Counted from the first letter of the stretch, positions 31,431 through 40,991 are shown. The stretch: DNA of 64,000 nt from Myxococcota bacterium (GCA_963676915.2 CAXXVK010000060.1:192001-256000), one strand, 5' to 3'. Made by a program: numbers and translations. Notes: generated from the letters alone by a model not told the origin.

Positions 31431-32189
31431 CTACTCCTTTTCCGGAGTGTTTTCAGGGGGTTCCTGGTCCGGTTTCGGGGTTTCTTCCACCGGTTCGGGC
31501 GATTTCTGAAGCTGCTTTCGCGCTACGTTCAAGGCGGCCTGAAAGCTTTTCATGCGTTTTTTCCAGCGCTCGATTCCGTAGGACAGCCGCTGGATGCGCT
31601 CGGAAAGATCCGTCAGCATTTCCGCCGCCTGTTCCACCGTCTGTCGGTCGGGTTTCTTTTCACCGGTTAGGCCGTCTTTTTCGGCGTCGGACAACCCGAA
31701 GATTCGGATCAGGTCGCGGATCTCATCCAGCGAATAGGAGAAAAGCTGCAAGTCCTGGATTTGACGGCAGAATTTCACCCAGCGTTCCTCGTACAGCCGA
31801 AAGCCTCCCTCACTGCGCCGGGTCGGCTCGATCAACCCGCGTTCTTCCCAGTATTTGAGGGTCCGGGCGTTGAGACCGCTGGATTTGGCCAGCTCACCGA
31901 CGGTCAGCAAGTTACGGATATCTCCGCGCTTTTTTCGCCCACCACGAGCGCCGGGCAGGCCGATTTTCTTCGAGATTTTCTTGATATCCGCCGTCGAATA
32001 GCCCATCTCGAACAGTTGCTTGACCTGCTCCAGCAGCGGGAAATCCCGAGGCGTGAACAACGGTTGCGTCCCATCGGCCAGCGTGGACGGTTCGAGGATT
32101 TTTTCTCTCAAACAACTTTCCAGCACCTCGGGGGACAGGTCGAGTTTTTCGGCCATTTCTTCGAGCGTATAAATTTCGGAAGATTCCAT
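31431..32189 (-). CDS. MerR-family regulator with two HTH domains
   Basis: YTLEEMAEKL... and LTVGELAKSSGLNARTLKYWEERGLIEP.RRSEGGFRLY. Confidence 0.88.
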   Translation of the reverse strand: MESSEIYTLEEMAEKLDLSPEVLESCLREKILEPSTLADGTQPLFTPRDFPLLEQVKQLFEMGYSTADIKKISKKIGLPGARGGRKKRGDIRNLLTVGELAKSSGLNARTLKYWEERGLIEPTRRSEGGFRLYEERWVKFCRQIQDLQLFSYSLDEIRDLIRIFGLSDAEKDGLTGEKKPDRQTVEQAAEMLTDLSERIQRLSYGIERWKKRMKSFQAALNVARKQLQKSPEPVEETPKPDQEPPENTPEKE

Positions 32190-32212
32190 CGGTTCCTCTT
32201 AAGTGACAGTGC

Positions 32213-32246
32213 ACGTATAGTTTAACAATGCTAAACTATACGTCAA
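32213..32246 (-). promoter_or_regulatory. Sigma70 promoter overlapped by a 12-bp inverted repeat (probable MerR autoregulatory operator)
   Basis: ACGTATAGTTTA-N7-TAAACTATACGT; minus strand TTGACG-16bp-TAAACT. Confidence 0.7.
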
Positions 32247-32377
32247 GGTATATTTATGAAAAATCGAAAATCGATGGGGATTTTGTGCGTACATTGTGGT
32301 TCAAAGGTCGCAAAAACGGTCACAATGTTCCCGTTTTTCGGCACAATGTGACGGAAATTTGGCACAAAATCCCTTAA

Positions 32378-32551
32378 CCCGGATTATTCATGAGGATCGT
32401 AGCGAGACGTAGAAAAACGATGATATTTCATGAAGTTGGAACGATTTTCACCCGCAGGCATACTGAACAGTCTGTCGAGGATGAAAATCGGGAAACGAGT
32501 GAAAGATCGAGAATTTTCAAGTCGTAGGTGATTCTTCATGAATCATCCGGG
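32378..32551. mobile_element. 176-bp MITE family copy D (174 bp)
   Basis: CCCGGATTATTCATGAGG ... TCATGAATCATCCGGG; TTAA on both flanks. Confidence 0.85.
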
Positions 32552-32698
32552 TTAAAATCAACCTGTGTGCCGTAGACCTAACGATGTGAGGTAGATTCGT
32601 CTAATTGGTCTGCAATTTCGAAAAGGATGGCTTCGAGTTGGTTAGCAGGTTACGACACCACCTAGAACTGTGGTTCGATATCTCGAAAGATTTTTCGT

Positions 32699-33427
32699 TT
32701 AGCCTTTGAAGCGAATCAGCACGATCAGGCGTCCCAGGTCGGAGAGCACTTTCGGAACTCGACGATACAGGTGAATCGACGGGGGCCGCACCTCCTGCAA
32801 CACCAGAGGGATTTCACAGACGCGATACCCGCCGCGCATGGCGCGAATCACCAGCTCGGAAGCGAAAAGATCCTTGCGAAGCTCGCATTGCTCGACCACA
32901 TCCAGCAGCCGTTCGCGACGGAAAGATTTCAGCCCATGGGTGTCGGTGCCTTCGAAACCGACGGCCACCCACAACATTTTATTGAGCACCCGCGTCGCCA
33001 CCCGCCGGAAAAGCGGCCGGTTGTCCTGCGATTCTCCAAGCGCTTTGGAACCGACCACCATGTCGGCTTCGTCCTCGCGCAAAATCGCCAGCGCACGTCG
33101 GTGAAAATCGGTGTCGCAGAGATCGATTTCCTCGCAGACGATCAACTCGCCCCGAGCTTCGAGAATTCCCAGGTGCAGGGCTTCGCCGTAATCGGGAAGC
33201 GGACAACGCAGCAGACGAACCTGCTCGTGGCGTCGGCTCAGTTCCTCGCCGATTTCTACCGTGCGGTCGCTGGAGCCGTTTTCGGAAATCAGGATTTCGT
33301 AGTCGAAATCGAATTCGGCTGCTTCGTCGTAGGCTTTGACCAGACTTTCGATAGCCTGTTCCAGAATCTGTTCTTCGTTGTAGACCGGAATCACGATGGA
33401 CACCAGTGGAGAAGCTGCTCCGCTCAC
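32699..33427 (-). CDS. Glycosyltransferase family 2 (polyprenol-phosphate glycosyltransferase-like)
   Basis: VSIVIPVYNEE, ENGSSDRT, TDTHGLK, ASELVIRA. Confidence 0.9.
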   Translation of the reverse strand: MSGAASPLVSIVIPVYNEEQILEQAIESLVKAYDEAAEFDFDYEILISENGSSDRTVEIGEELSRRHEQVRLLRCPLPDYGEALHLGILEARGELIVCEEIDLCDTDFHRRALAILREDEADMVVGSKALGESQDNRPLFRRVATRVLNKMLWVAVGFEGTDTHGLKSFRRERLLDVVEQCELRKDLFASELVIRAMRGGYRVCEIPLVLQEVRPPSIHLYRRVPKVLSDLGRLIVLIRFKG

Positions 33428-33469
33428 GTCGTACCCTTTCCGTTTATTTCAACGGACCTTGCGGCCCGT

Positions 33470-34774
33470 TTACGATTTCTCGGCCAGACAGGCGCGAATC
33501 TCCTTCGCCGCTTCCCGCCCTTCGATCAATGCGCTTTCCATCGAATTGTAGGTCCAACGACCATAGCGCCCGATGGAATGAATGTCCATTTTCTTCAGCC
33601 ATGTGAAAATGGTTTTCAAACTCCGCTCATACGATGAATCGAAAACCACGTACGCGCAAGGAATTTCCTTGGGTTCGGCGAACAGCACATCCTTTTCCGA
33701 ACCGATCACGCCGCCTTTGACCAGCGCTTTGGAGGTTTGACGCCACAGGTTGCGTTGATTCATGCGACCTCGGTAAGAAAATTCCACGTACAGGTTCCCC
33801 ATACCTTCGGGAGCCATCGATGGCACCGCGTTGGAAAAACTTCCCACCCGATAGAACGGAAAATCTTTTTCGGGGAAATAGATCCAATGGGCGTCATTCA
33901 GCGGCGGACGTTTTAGCGCAACGTTGTAATAAAACACGCCGTTGTGCACCAGGTTTTCGGCGGCAAGTTTCACACTGGAAGGTGCATCCGCGATGATTCG
34001 AATCAACTCCGGCAACGGCGCGCTGTTGACGAGGTGCCGGTACTCTTCCACACTTCCGTCATTGAGCGTGACTTTGTGCGATTTGGCGTGAATTTCCACA
34101 GGCCAGGTGGAATATTGGATGCGTTTGGCGTCGAGTTGCCCGACGATCGCTTTCGACAATTCGCCGATGCCGTTTTCCAACGGATAACTGAAGGTCGCGT
34201 TGTACCCGATTTTCCGATCGGGGGCCGCCAACGCGCCCTCGACGATCTGATCCAGCGTCGGTTTAGGAATGTAGTGTTGACACCAATAGGGATTCATGTC
34301 CCGAGGATGCGTCCGCCAGAGTTTTTCGTTGTACGGAATCATGAAATGGCGCGCAATACCCCGTCCCATGTGCCGAATCACCCATTCCTCGAAGGTTTTG
34401 GGTTCCTTCTTCGGTGGATTCACGAGGGTGTCTTCGACGAATTCCCGGATGATTTCCTGCACTACCGGCAGCGGAAGCCCGTAGGTGTTGGTCTGGAACG
34501 GATAATGCGTCATCACGCCTTTGGAATAAATCCGCGCCTTGCGCTCGACGACGGTCATTCGTTTGCCCATCAGGCTGCCGATCCAGCGCTTTATTCCCGG
34601 ATCTCGCATGTGCAGCCAGTGACCGGTCAGATCGAAACGGAAACCGTCTTTTTCATGGGTAATGACCAAACCGCCCGCATGGTCGTTTTTTTCGACGATT
34701 TTGTAGTGTGTTTTCAGCGAACGGGCGCAGCTCATTCCGGCCAGTCCCGCACCGACAATCAACGTTGTGGGCAT
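33470..34774 (-). CDS. FAD-dependent oxidoreductase (HemY-like / UDP-galactopyranose mutase-like)
   Basis: IVGAGLAG, GFRFDLTGH, IPYNEKLW, GRYGRWTY. Confidence 0.8.
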   Translation of the reverse strand: MPTTLIVGAGLAGMSCARSLKTHYKIVEKNDHAGGLVITHEKDGFRFDLTGHWLHMRDPGIKRWIGSLMGKRMTVVERKARIYSKGVMTHYPFQTNTYGLPLPVVQEIIREFVEDTLVNPPKKEPKTFEEWVIRHMGRGIARHFMIPYNEKLWRTHPRDMNPYWCQHYIPKPTLDQIVEGALAAPDRKIGYNATFSYPLENGIGELSKAIVGQLDAKRIQYSTWPVEIHAKSHKVTLNDGSVEEYRHLVNSAPLPELIRIIADAPSSVKLAAENLVHNGVFYYNVALKRPPLNDAHWIYFPEKDFPFYRVGSFSNAVPSMAPEGMGNLYVEFSYRGRMNQRNLWRQTSKALVKGGVIGSEKDVLFAEPKEIPCAYVVFDSSYERSLKTIFTWLKKMDIHSIGRYGRWTYNSMESALIEGREAAKEIRACLAEKS

Positions 34775-34939
34775 CGTATTTCGTCTTTCATTCCAAAGAG
34801 ATCCGCCCAATCTGCGGTCTCGGGATTCACGAATGCCGAAACCCTACCACAATCCTCCCGGACCTGCCAAGGGGTGGGAATCATTCCAGCACTTTCCGGG
34901 CAGACATTCAAAAAGTGCGAAATCTTGAGATACACTTTG

Positions 34940-35075
34940 CTTAGCCGTTATGATTTGGTTTTATCGATGGAACCCCTGAAAACAAAGGGTGGCACGGGCT
35001 AAGCGACGTGAAACGTTCGCTTGCCCGTGGTCGAAGGAAATCCATGGGCAACCTTACGGTTAGCCCATGCCACCC
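34940..35075. mobile_element. TATAGC-type MITE left end plus GTGG REP doublet (core 34987-35075)
   Basis: TAGCCGTTATGATTTGGTTTT...GGGTGGCACGGG...GCCCATGCCACCC; right end not seen. Confidence 0.7.
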
Positions 35076-35129
35076 ATCGATCTGGAATTACGGAATTTTT
35101 ATGGGTGGTTATGTTTTCTGCTACCGCTC

Positions 35130-36788
35130 TCAATACGAAAACGTGCTGCCTCCGATGAATTCCCTTAGAACCGAGGTCGGCGGGACTTCTTCGGGGAAGA
35201 TCGGCAGGAACAGGTGAAGAAAATCATAGAGTTTCGCCGCCTGACTGTAGGCGGGACTCTGGCGTGGAACGGCGTGCAGAAAGCGCCGGGCGTAGGTTTT
35301 CAATACGGCGAACTCGTAGACCAGTGCGCTGTTGAAGATCATGTCGGCCTCTTCCTGGAAGGGGAAAATGTACCTGTTTTCCCCGCCGCGCACTTTCGGC
35401 CATTGGGTGATGGTCTGTTCCGCCGAATACCCCCGATACAGTTTGTCCCGCACGAGCCGCCGGATCAGGCGTGTCTCAGAGGTGAAAATCCGGTTGTGGC
35501 GGTCGATGGTCAGCGGTGTAAGTGCTGAAATATACAGCTTGAATTTAGCCTCTGGCGGGACCGTCGGCGTCAGGGCGTCATTGAGGCAATGAATGCCCTC
35601 CGTCATCAGAATCTGTCCCTCTTGCAGTTGCAGAGGTATTGTCTTTTGCGTTTCGCGCTCGCCGGTGACGAAGTTGTAAATCGGCGTTTCCACTCTCTCC
35701 CCGTTGAGCAGGCGCTCCAGATGTTCGGAAAACAGCTCTACATCCAGCGCTTCGATGCACTCGAAATCGTACGAGCCATCGGGGAATTTCGGAGTATCCA
35801 CCCGGTTGACGTAATAGTTATCCACCGATATCGACACCGGCACGATGCCGTTGACGCGCAGTTGCGTTTCGAGTCGTTTGGTGGAGGTGGTTTTTCCCGA
35901 CGACGACGGCCCGGCGATCAATACCAGCTTGACATCCGGGAGCCGCGAACAGATTTCGTCGGCGATGTTGGCGATTTTCTTTTCGTGCAACCCTTCGGAA
36001 ACACGGATGATTTCACCGATTTTTCCCTTGATGCAAGCGTCGTTGATCTGGCTGATGTTCCAAACGTCCACCACCTCGCTCCACTGGCGGCTTTCCTTGT
36101 GAACCGCGAACATCTTCGGCTGCTGAACCACCGGGGAGAGTTTTTTCCCGCTACGCTGGGGGAAACAGAGCAGCATCCCGTTTTCGTAAGGCACGAGATC
36201 GAACAGCCCCACCAGCCCGGTGCGGTCGGCTACAGGCGTGTGCAGGATGTCGGTGAATTCGCCAATGGTCATCGTTTTGAGAATCGGCGTGTAAAACTGC
36301 TCGACCAACGCCGCTTTTTCCGGGTATCCGCTGACGTTGAACAGGTTTTCGGCCTCTTCCGCACCCATGTAATCGATGCTGATCGGCAGGTCTTCCTGGA
36401 CGATGCGCGTCATCTCCTCTTTGAGTTCCTCGACGAAGGCCGGAAAGATTTTGTCGTAGCTGTCCACTTCGTAGAAATAGCCGTTCGAAATCGAGTGGCC
36501 GATGCGCAGGCGGGCTTCGGGATACAAGCGGGCCAGCGATTCTCCGAGGATCAACTGAAGCGTCGAGCGATAGATGCTGTTGCCGTCCTTGGTGGAATAA
36601 TCCACCGTGTCCACGACGCAATTGGCGATCAGCGACTCATACAGACCGTACAGCCGACCGTTGACCCGCGCCCCCAGAGGCGGCAGGCTTCCGGGATGGG
36701 GATAGTAGCCCAGCAGGTTGCGGATCGTCTCCGAATGGGGAACGGTGACGCTTTTGCCATTGAATTCGATTCGAATCGTTCGATTCAC
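35130..36788 (-). CDS. Nucleoside (uridine) kinase with N-terminal TGS / threonyl-tRNA synthetase-like domains
   Basis: GHSISNGYFY; Walker A AGPSSSGKTT; EGIHCLN; SVLREFIGGSTF; GTG 36788 with AGGAG RBS (track starts at 36806). Confidence 0.88.
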   Translation of the reverse strand: MNRTIRIEFNGKSVTVPHSETIRNLLGYYPHPGSLPPLGARVNGRLYGLYESLIANCVVDTVDYSTKDGNSIYRSTLQLILGESLARLYPEARLRIGHSISNGYFYEVDSYDKIFPAFVEELKEEMTRIVQEDLPISIDYMGAEEAENLFNVSGYPEKAALVEQFYTPILKTMTIGEFTDILHTPVADRTGLVGLFDLVPYENGMLLCFPQRSGKKLSPVVQQPKMFAVHKESRQWSEVVDVWNISQINDACIKGKIGEIIRVSEGLHEKKIANIADEICSRLPDVKLVLIAGPSSSGKTTSTKRLETQLRVNGIVPVSISVDNYYVNRVDTPKFPDGSYDFECIEALDVELFSEHLERLLNGERVETPIYNFVTGERETQKTIPLQLQEGQILMTEGIHCLNDALTPTVPPEAKFKLYISALTPLTIDRHNRIFTSETRLIRRLVRDKLYRGYSAEQTITQWPKVRGGENRYIFPFQEEADMIFNSALVYEFAVLKTYARRFLHAVPRQSPAYSQAAKLYDFLHLFLPIFPEEVPPTSVLREFIGGSTFSY

Positions 36789-36851
36789 GGTTCGTGCTCC
36801 TTGCAACGTGAGTCAAAGACGGGATGGTTTCCACCCGATCATTTCGAAGGA

Positions 36852-36930
36852 GATGGAGCAGGATTGCATCCTGCTCCTGGCGTTTTCTTCCGAAAAAAAC
36901 ATGCGGACGGGGATGCAATCCCCGTCCATC
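36852..36930. repeat. Inverted REP doublet (GATGG-type)
   Basis: GATGGAGCAGGATTGCATCCTGCTCC and inverted GATGGACGGGGATTGCATCCCCGTCC; the same cassette occurs at 40862-40928. Confidence 0.75.
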
Positions 36931-37142
36931 GAGAATGTGTCGGGCGAAGAATCATCCGACCGTCTGGTATCTGATAATTTCCTTCAATCACCCTTGTCAT
37001 AGAGCATTCCTTGCCAGGTTTCCGGGACACGCCCGGTTCTTCTTTCCACGAAAAGCAGACCTCGACGAAGCGTCGAGAAGCAGCCGTTCGCGAACGGCGA
37101 GATCCGGGCGAGAATCCCAAAAACCAAGGTTTCACCTCTATT

Positions 37143-38033
37143 TTATTCGGCTTTTTTTGGGATTTCCAAAGGAATGAAAAAGAAAAACCGCGAACCTTCG
37201 CCGATTTGGCTTTTCACCTGAATGGTTCCACCATGCAATTCGATGAAACGTTTGACAATGGCCAACCCGAGTCCAACCCCTTCAAAGCGCCTTGTCAACG
37301 AGCTGTCCACCTGCTTGAACTCGGTAAAAATCGAGTCGAGATGTTCTTCTTCGATTCCGATGCCGTTGTCTTTCACACTGAACGTCGTGCCCCGCTCGTC
37401 CTGCTGCACCCGAATGATGATCTTTCCGCCGTCGGGTGTGAACTTGATGGCGTTGCTGACGAGGTTGAACAGCACCTGCTTGATTTTCCGCTCGTCGCCG
37501 GTCATCATCTGCACGCTGTCGTCCATTTCGATCTCCAGCGTCAATGCGTGCCGGGAAGCGGTTTCGGACATCAACGTCACCGTGGACTGAACGAGTTCCG
37601 GCAGGTAGATCTCGGTAGGATACAGTTCCATTTTTCCCGCCTCGATCTTGGTCAGGTCGAGGATGTCGTTGATAAGACTCAGCAAATGCCGTCCCGATTC
37701 GAGAATATCCGTGACGTATTCGGCCTGTTTGTCGTTCAACGGACCGAAAAGCTCGTCCTGCAAAATCTCCGAAAAACCGATGACCGAATTGAGCGGTGTA
37801 CGCAGTTCGTGACTCATACTGGTGAGAAATTCGGTTTTGTGCTGGTTGGCTTCGATGGCGCGACGGGTCTGGACTTCCAACTCGCCCTTGGTCTTGATCA
37901 ACTCCATGTTTTTCTGGACCATCTGTTGGGCGATATGCTTGATTTCCGTCACGTCCTGCATGAAGACGATGGCTTCTTCGGTCTTTTTGTTGTTGCTGAT
38001 CGCTCCCAGCAGCACGCGCCCGCCGATGTTCAA
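37143..38033 (-). CDS. Sensor histidine kinase, HisKA-HATPase part (C-terminal fragment)
   Basis: SMSHELRTPLN, NLVSNAIKFT, DNGIGI, GVGLGLAI; PAC half at the N-terminus. Confidence 0.9.
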   Translation of the reverse strand: MNIGGRVLLGAISNNKKTEEAIVFMQDVTEIKHIAQQMVQKNMELIKTKGELEVQTRRAIEANQHKTEFLTSMSHELRTPLNSVIGFSEILQDELFGPLNDKQAEYVTDILESGRHLLSLINDILDLTKIEAGKMELYPTEIYLPELVQSTVTLMSETASRHALTLEIEMDDSVQMMTGDERKIKQVLFNLVSNAIKFTPDGGKIIIRVQQDERGTTFSVKDNGIGIEEEHLDSIFTEFKQVDSSLTRRFEGVGLGLAIVKRFIELHGGTIQVKSQIGEGSRFFFFIPLEIPKKAE

Positions 38034-38085
38034 CTCTCGGCTGACGAGTCGGCGTCGTCGTCGATCATTCCGAGAATCTCCTCGA

Positions 38086-38775
38086 TCATCGATCGTCCGG
38101 TTCGAACAGATCCCTCAAATTCCGGCTGATTCCCATCCGTTGCGCTTTGAGGAAATCCACCATCGCATCGTTGCGAAACGTAATTGCACCATCCCGGTCA
38201 CAGCAGAAAATCGGGTTGGGACTCTGATGCGGAACACGGGAAAGACGCTTGACCTCCTGAGAAAGAGAACGGAGTTTTTCGTGGTCGAGAAAGTTTTTCA
38301 ACCCCAACCCCAAACGGATGGCGAGGTAATCGAGCAGTTCAGCGGAACTCTCGAAGATCGAAGGATCGCCTTCGACGAAAACCATTCCACCCAGGATTTC
38401 GCCTTTGTGCAGCAGGGGAACGCCGAGCAGGGTGTACTTGTTTCCCCGACGGTCTTCCATCTCACCCACCACGCTTTTCTTTTTCTCGGTGATGGTGTGG
38501 CAGAACTGCTGAGGATCGTTCAGCATTCGGATCAACAACCGGTAGAGGTTCGGATCACCCTGGAAAACGATGGGCTTGAGCCAGTCGCTTTGCGGACTTT
38601 TGGTAAACACCATGCCGTGGGAAAACCCGAAGAATTCCAGGCTGTGCCGCAGAATGTGCTTGGTCACTTCGTTCAGTTCGAAATGCACGGCGGTGTGATC
38701 GGAAACCTTGCACAGATACAGCAGGGTTTTTTCGTCGCGAAAAGCAACCGGAATGTTCGGCAGACGCTGGCTCAT
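38086..38775 (-). CDS. GAF/PAS N-terminal fragment of the same histidine kinase
   Basis: GVPLLHKGEILGG (GAF), SPNPIFCCDRDGAITFRNDA (start of PAS); stops mid-PAS. Confidence 0.75.
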   Translation of the reverse strand: MSQRLPNIPVAFRDEKTLLYLCKVSDHTAVHFELNEVTKHILRHSLEFFGFSHGMVFTKSPQSDWLKPIVFQGDPNLYRLLIRMLNDPQQFCHTITEKKKSVVGEMEDRRGNKYTLLGVPLLHKGEILGGMVFVEGDPSIFESSAELLDYLAIRLGLGLKNFLDHEKLRSLSQEVKRLSRVPHQSPNPIFCCDRDGAITFRNDAMVDFLKAQRMGISRNLRDLFEPDDR

Positions 38776-39239
38776 TCGTTCCCCTCCTGGGGCAAGGTAC
38801 GGAGAATATCACGGACGAACGTCCGGGTGTCGATCGGCTTGGCGAGGTAACCCACAAAGCCCTGTTGCAACAGTTCTTCCTGATCGCCTTTCATCGCCCG
38901 ACCGGTGACAGCGACAATCGGGATAGCATTGGGAGCGGTTTTTTCCCGAATGATTCTCGCTGCTTCCAAACCATCGAGGTAGGGAAGCTGGATATCCATC
39001 AAGATCAGATCGGGACGCTGATTGACGGCGATTTCGACAGCGGCCAGGCCGTTTCCCGCTTCGACCGTGTCGTGTCCCGCCAAACGTAGAAGATCCCGAA
39101 ACAGTTTCAGATTTTTCTCGTTGTCCTCGACGATAAGAATGTTCACGTTGGAAACGCTCGACTGAAAAGCTTGAATAACGACTTCGATCCGACCATGAAT
39201 ATTCTGTATTGTACCACATCGGGCGTGACTTTCAATCAA
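38772..39239 (-). CDS. Single-domain response regulator (DivK-like)
   Basis: ILIVEDN, LMDIQLP, VAVTG.AM.GD, YLAKPID; true start uncertain (possibly GTG 39146). Confidence 0.88.
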   Translation of the reverse strand: MIESHARCGTIQNIHGRIEVVIQAFQSSVSNVNILIVEDNEKNLKLFRDLLRLAGHDTVEAGNGLAAVEIAVNQRPDLILMDIQLPYLDGLEAARIIREKTAPNAIPIVAVTGRAMKGDQEELLQQGFVGYLAKPIDTRTFVRDILRTLPQEGNE

Positions 39240-39285
39240 AGGTTATAAAATATTTTTAATATATTTTTCTAAAGATTTCGTTGGC

Positions 39286-39314
39286 AGGGACACCCTTGCG
39301 GTGTCCTTTTTTTT
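39286..39314 (+). terminator. Intrinsic terminator with no upstream + strand gene
   Basis: AGGGACACC-CTTGC-GGTGTCCTT-TTTTTT. Confidence 0.65.
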
Positions 39315-39337
39315 GTGCGAATTTACCGAATGCAGGA

Positions 39338-39517
39338 TATAGCCGTTCTATTTTGGTTTTCGTGATAGAGGATCCTGGAAACGAAGGGTGGCGCAGTCCA
39401 AGCAACGTAAAACGTCAGCTTGCCCGTGGTCGAACGATGACCATGGGCACACCCATGCCACCCACTACCCACAACGAAAAGGGTAGAGATCGCTAAAGGC
39501 AAAGTATAACGGCTATA
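39338..39517. mobile_element. TATAGC-ended MITE with GTGG REP doublet core
   Basis: TATAGCCGTTCTATTTTG ... CAAAGTATAACGGCTATA terminal inverted repeats. Confidence 0.82.
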
Positions 39518-39555
39518 TTCGGAATTTTTCGAAATCGGATCGTGGGGAACGAGAT

Positions 39556-40788
39556 ATGGTGGCAGGATCGTTGAAAAAAGTGCAAAGCAGCTTGATCGAA
39601 CACCCTCCGTATACGCTCACGGGACTGAGCGAGCGCTTGTTCGTACAGGCGTTCCGGGGGTTTGTCTACAATCAGATGTGGGAAGACCCGCGCATCGACA
39701 TCCAGGCGCTGCAGCTGGATGGCAACTCCCGTATTCTGACGATCTGCTCGGCGGGTTGCAACGTGATGAACTATCTCGTTCGGCGTCCGGCATGGATCAC
39801 CGCCGTGGATCTCAACCCGCACCATATTCACCTCGCGAAACTCAAGCTGGCCTGTGCCAAATATCTTCCGAGTTACGAGGATTTCTGGTCGTTTTTCGGT
39901 CTGGGAAAAGGGGCGAAAAACCTGGAATTGTACCGCAAACATGTTCGTAGTCACCTGGACGATGCCACGCGAAGTTACTGGGACGGCAGCCTTGTGCGAC
40001 GATTGACGGGCAATGGCCGCATTCGCTATTTCCAGAAAGGCTTTTATCGGAAAACACTACTGGGACGATTGATCGGGTTGCTGAATTTTATGGGAGAAAT
40101 CACCGTCGGTCCTCTCGAAAGCCTGCGCGAAGCCCGAACGCTGGAAGATCAGGAAGCCTGGTGGCGCGAAAAAGTCGCTCCGTTTTTCGACAAGAAAATC
40201 GTCAAATTCGTTGCCAGTACACCGCTGTGGACCGTTGGGATGGGCATCCCGCCGCGACAGCAGAAAATCATCGAAAATGAAATCGGCGGATCGGTCACCG
40301 AGGTGTTTCTCGAACGTTCCCGACGACTGGTGGCCGGATTTCCGCTGACAGACAACTACTTCACCTGGCAAGCCCTTTTGGGAGGCTACGACGCCGATAA
40401 CCGGCAGGCGGTCCCGGCGTATCTGCGACCGGAAAACTACGATACCCTTAAAACGTATTCGGACCACGCCGACACCTGCCGATCCCTGTACGTGGACCAT
40501 CTTCAAACGCAAGATCCCGGTACCTACAACCGTTTCGTCCTGTCGGATTCGATGGACTGGATGAACCCGCCGCAAATCGCCGCGCAATGGGAGGAAATCG
40601 CACGGGTAGGTGAACCGGGCAGCCGGATTGTTTTCCGTACGGGAGCCTCGCAATCCCCGATAGAAACGGCGTTGCCCGGCGAGTTGAAACGTCGTTTCCG
40701 CTACGAAAAAGAACTATCCCACAAGCTTCACCTCCAGGATCGGGCAGCCGTCTACGGGGGATTTCACTGTTACGTGCTGGACCCGTGA
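39556..40788 (+). CDS. btaA: SAM:diacylglycerol 3-amino-3-carboxypropyltransferase (DUF3419)
   Basis: VYNQMWEDPRID, ICSAGCN, AVDLNPHH, DNYFTWQA, LSDSMDWM, QDRAAVYGGFH. Confidence 0.85.
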   Translation: MVAGSLKKVQSSLIEHPPYTLTGLSERLFVQAFRGFVYNQMWEDPRIDIQALQLDGNSRILTICSAGCNVMNYLVRRPAWITAVDLNPHHIHLAKLKLACAKYLPSYEDFWSFFGLGKGAKNLELYRKHVRSHLDDATRSYWDGSLVRRLTGNGRIRYFQKGFYRKTLLGRLIGLLNFMGEITVGPLESLREARTLEDQEAWWREKVAPFFDKKIVKFVASTPLWTVGMGIPPRQQKIIENEIGGSVTEVFLERSRRLVAGFPLTDNYFTWQALLGGYDADNRQAVPAYLRPENYDTLKTYSDHADTCRSLYVDHLQTQDPGTYNRFVLSDSMDWMNPPQIAAQWEEIARVGEPGSRIVFRTGASQSPIETALPGELKRRFRYEKELSHKLHLQDRAAVYGGFHCYVLDP

Positions 40789-40831
40789 TCCGAAGCGGAG
40801 GCTTCTAAAAAGCACAATAGAATTTTCGAGA

Positions 40832-40983
40832 TATAGCCGCTATTATTTGATTTTAGCGTCGTGTATCCCCGTCTGCATGGTTCTTCTCAAAACAAAACGC
40901 GAGGGGCAGGAACCAATCCTGCTCCATCTGTAATGACCGTTTCCGTGACTCTCTATCGTTAAAATCAAATAATTACAGCTACA
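40832..40983. mobile_element. TATAGC-ended MITE with GATGG-type REP core
   Basis: TATAGCCGCTATTATTTGATTTTAGCG ... CGTTAAAATCAAATAATTACAGCTACA. Confidence 0.75.
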
Positions 40984-40991
40984 TACAGGTT

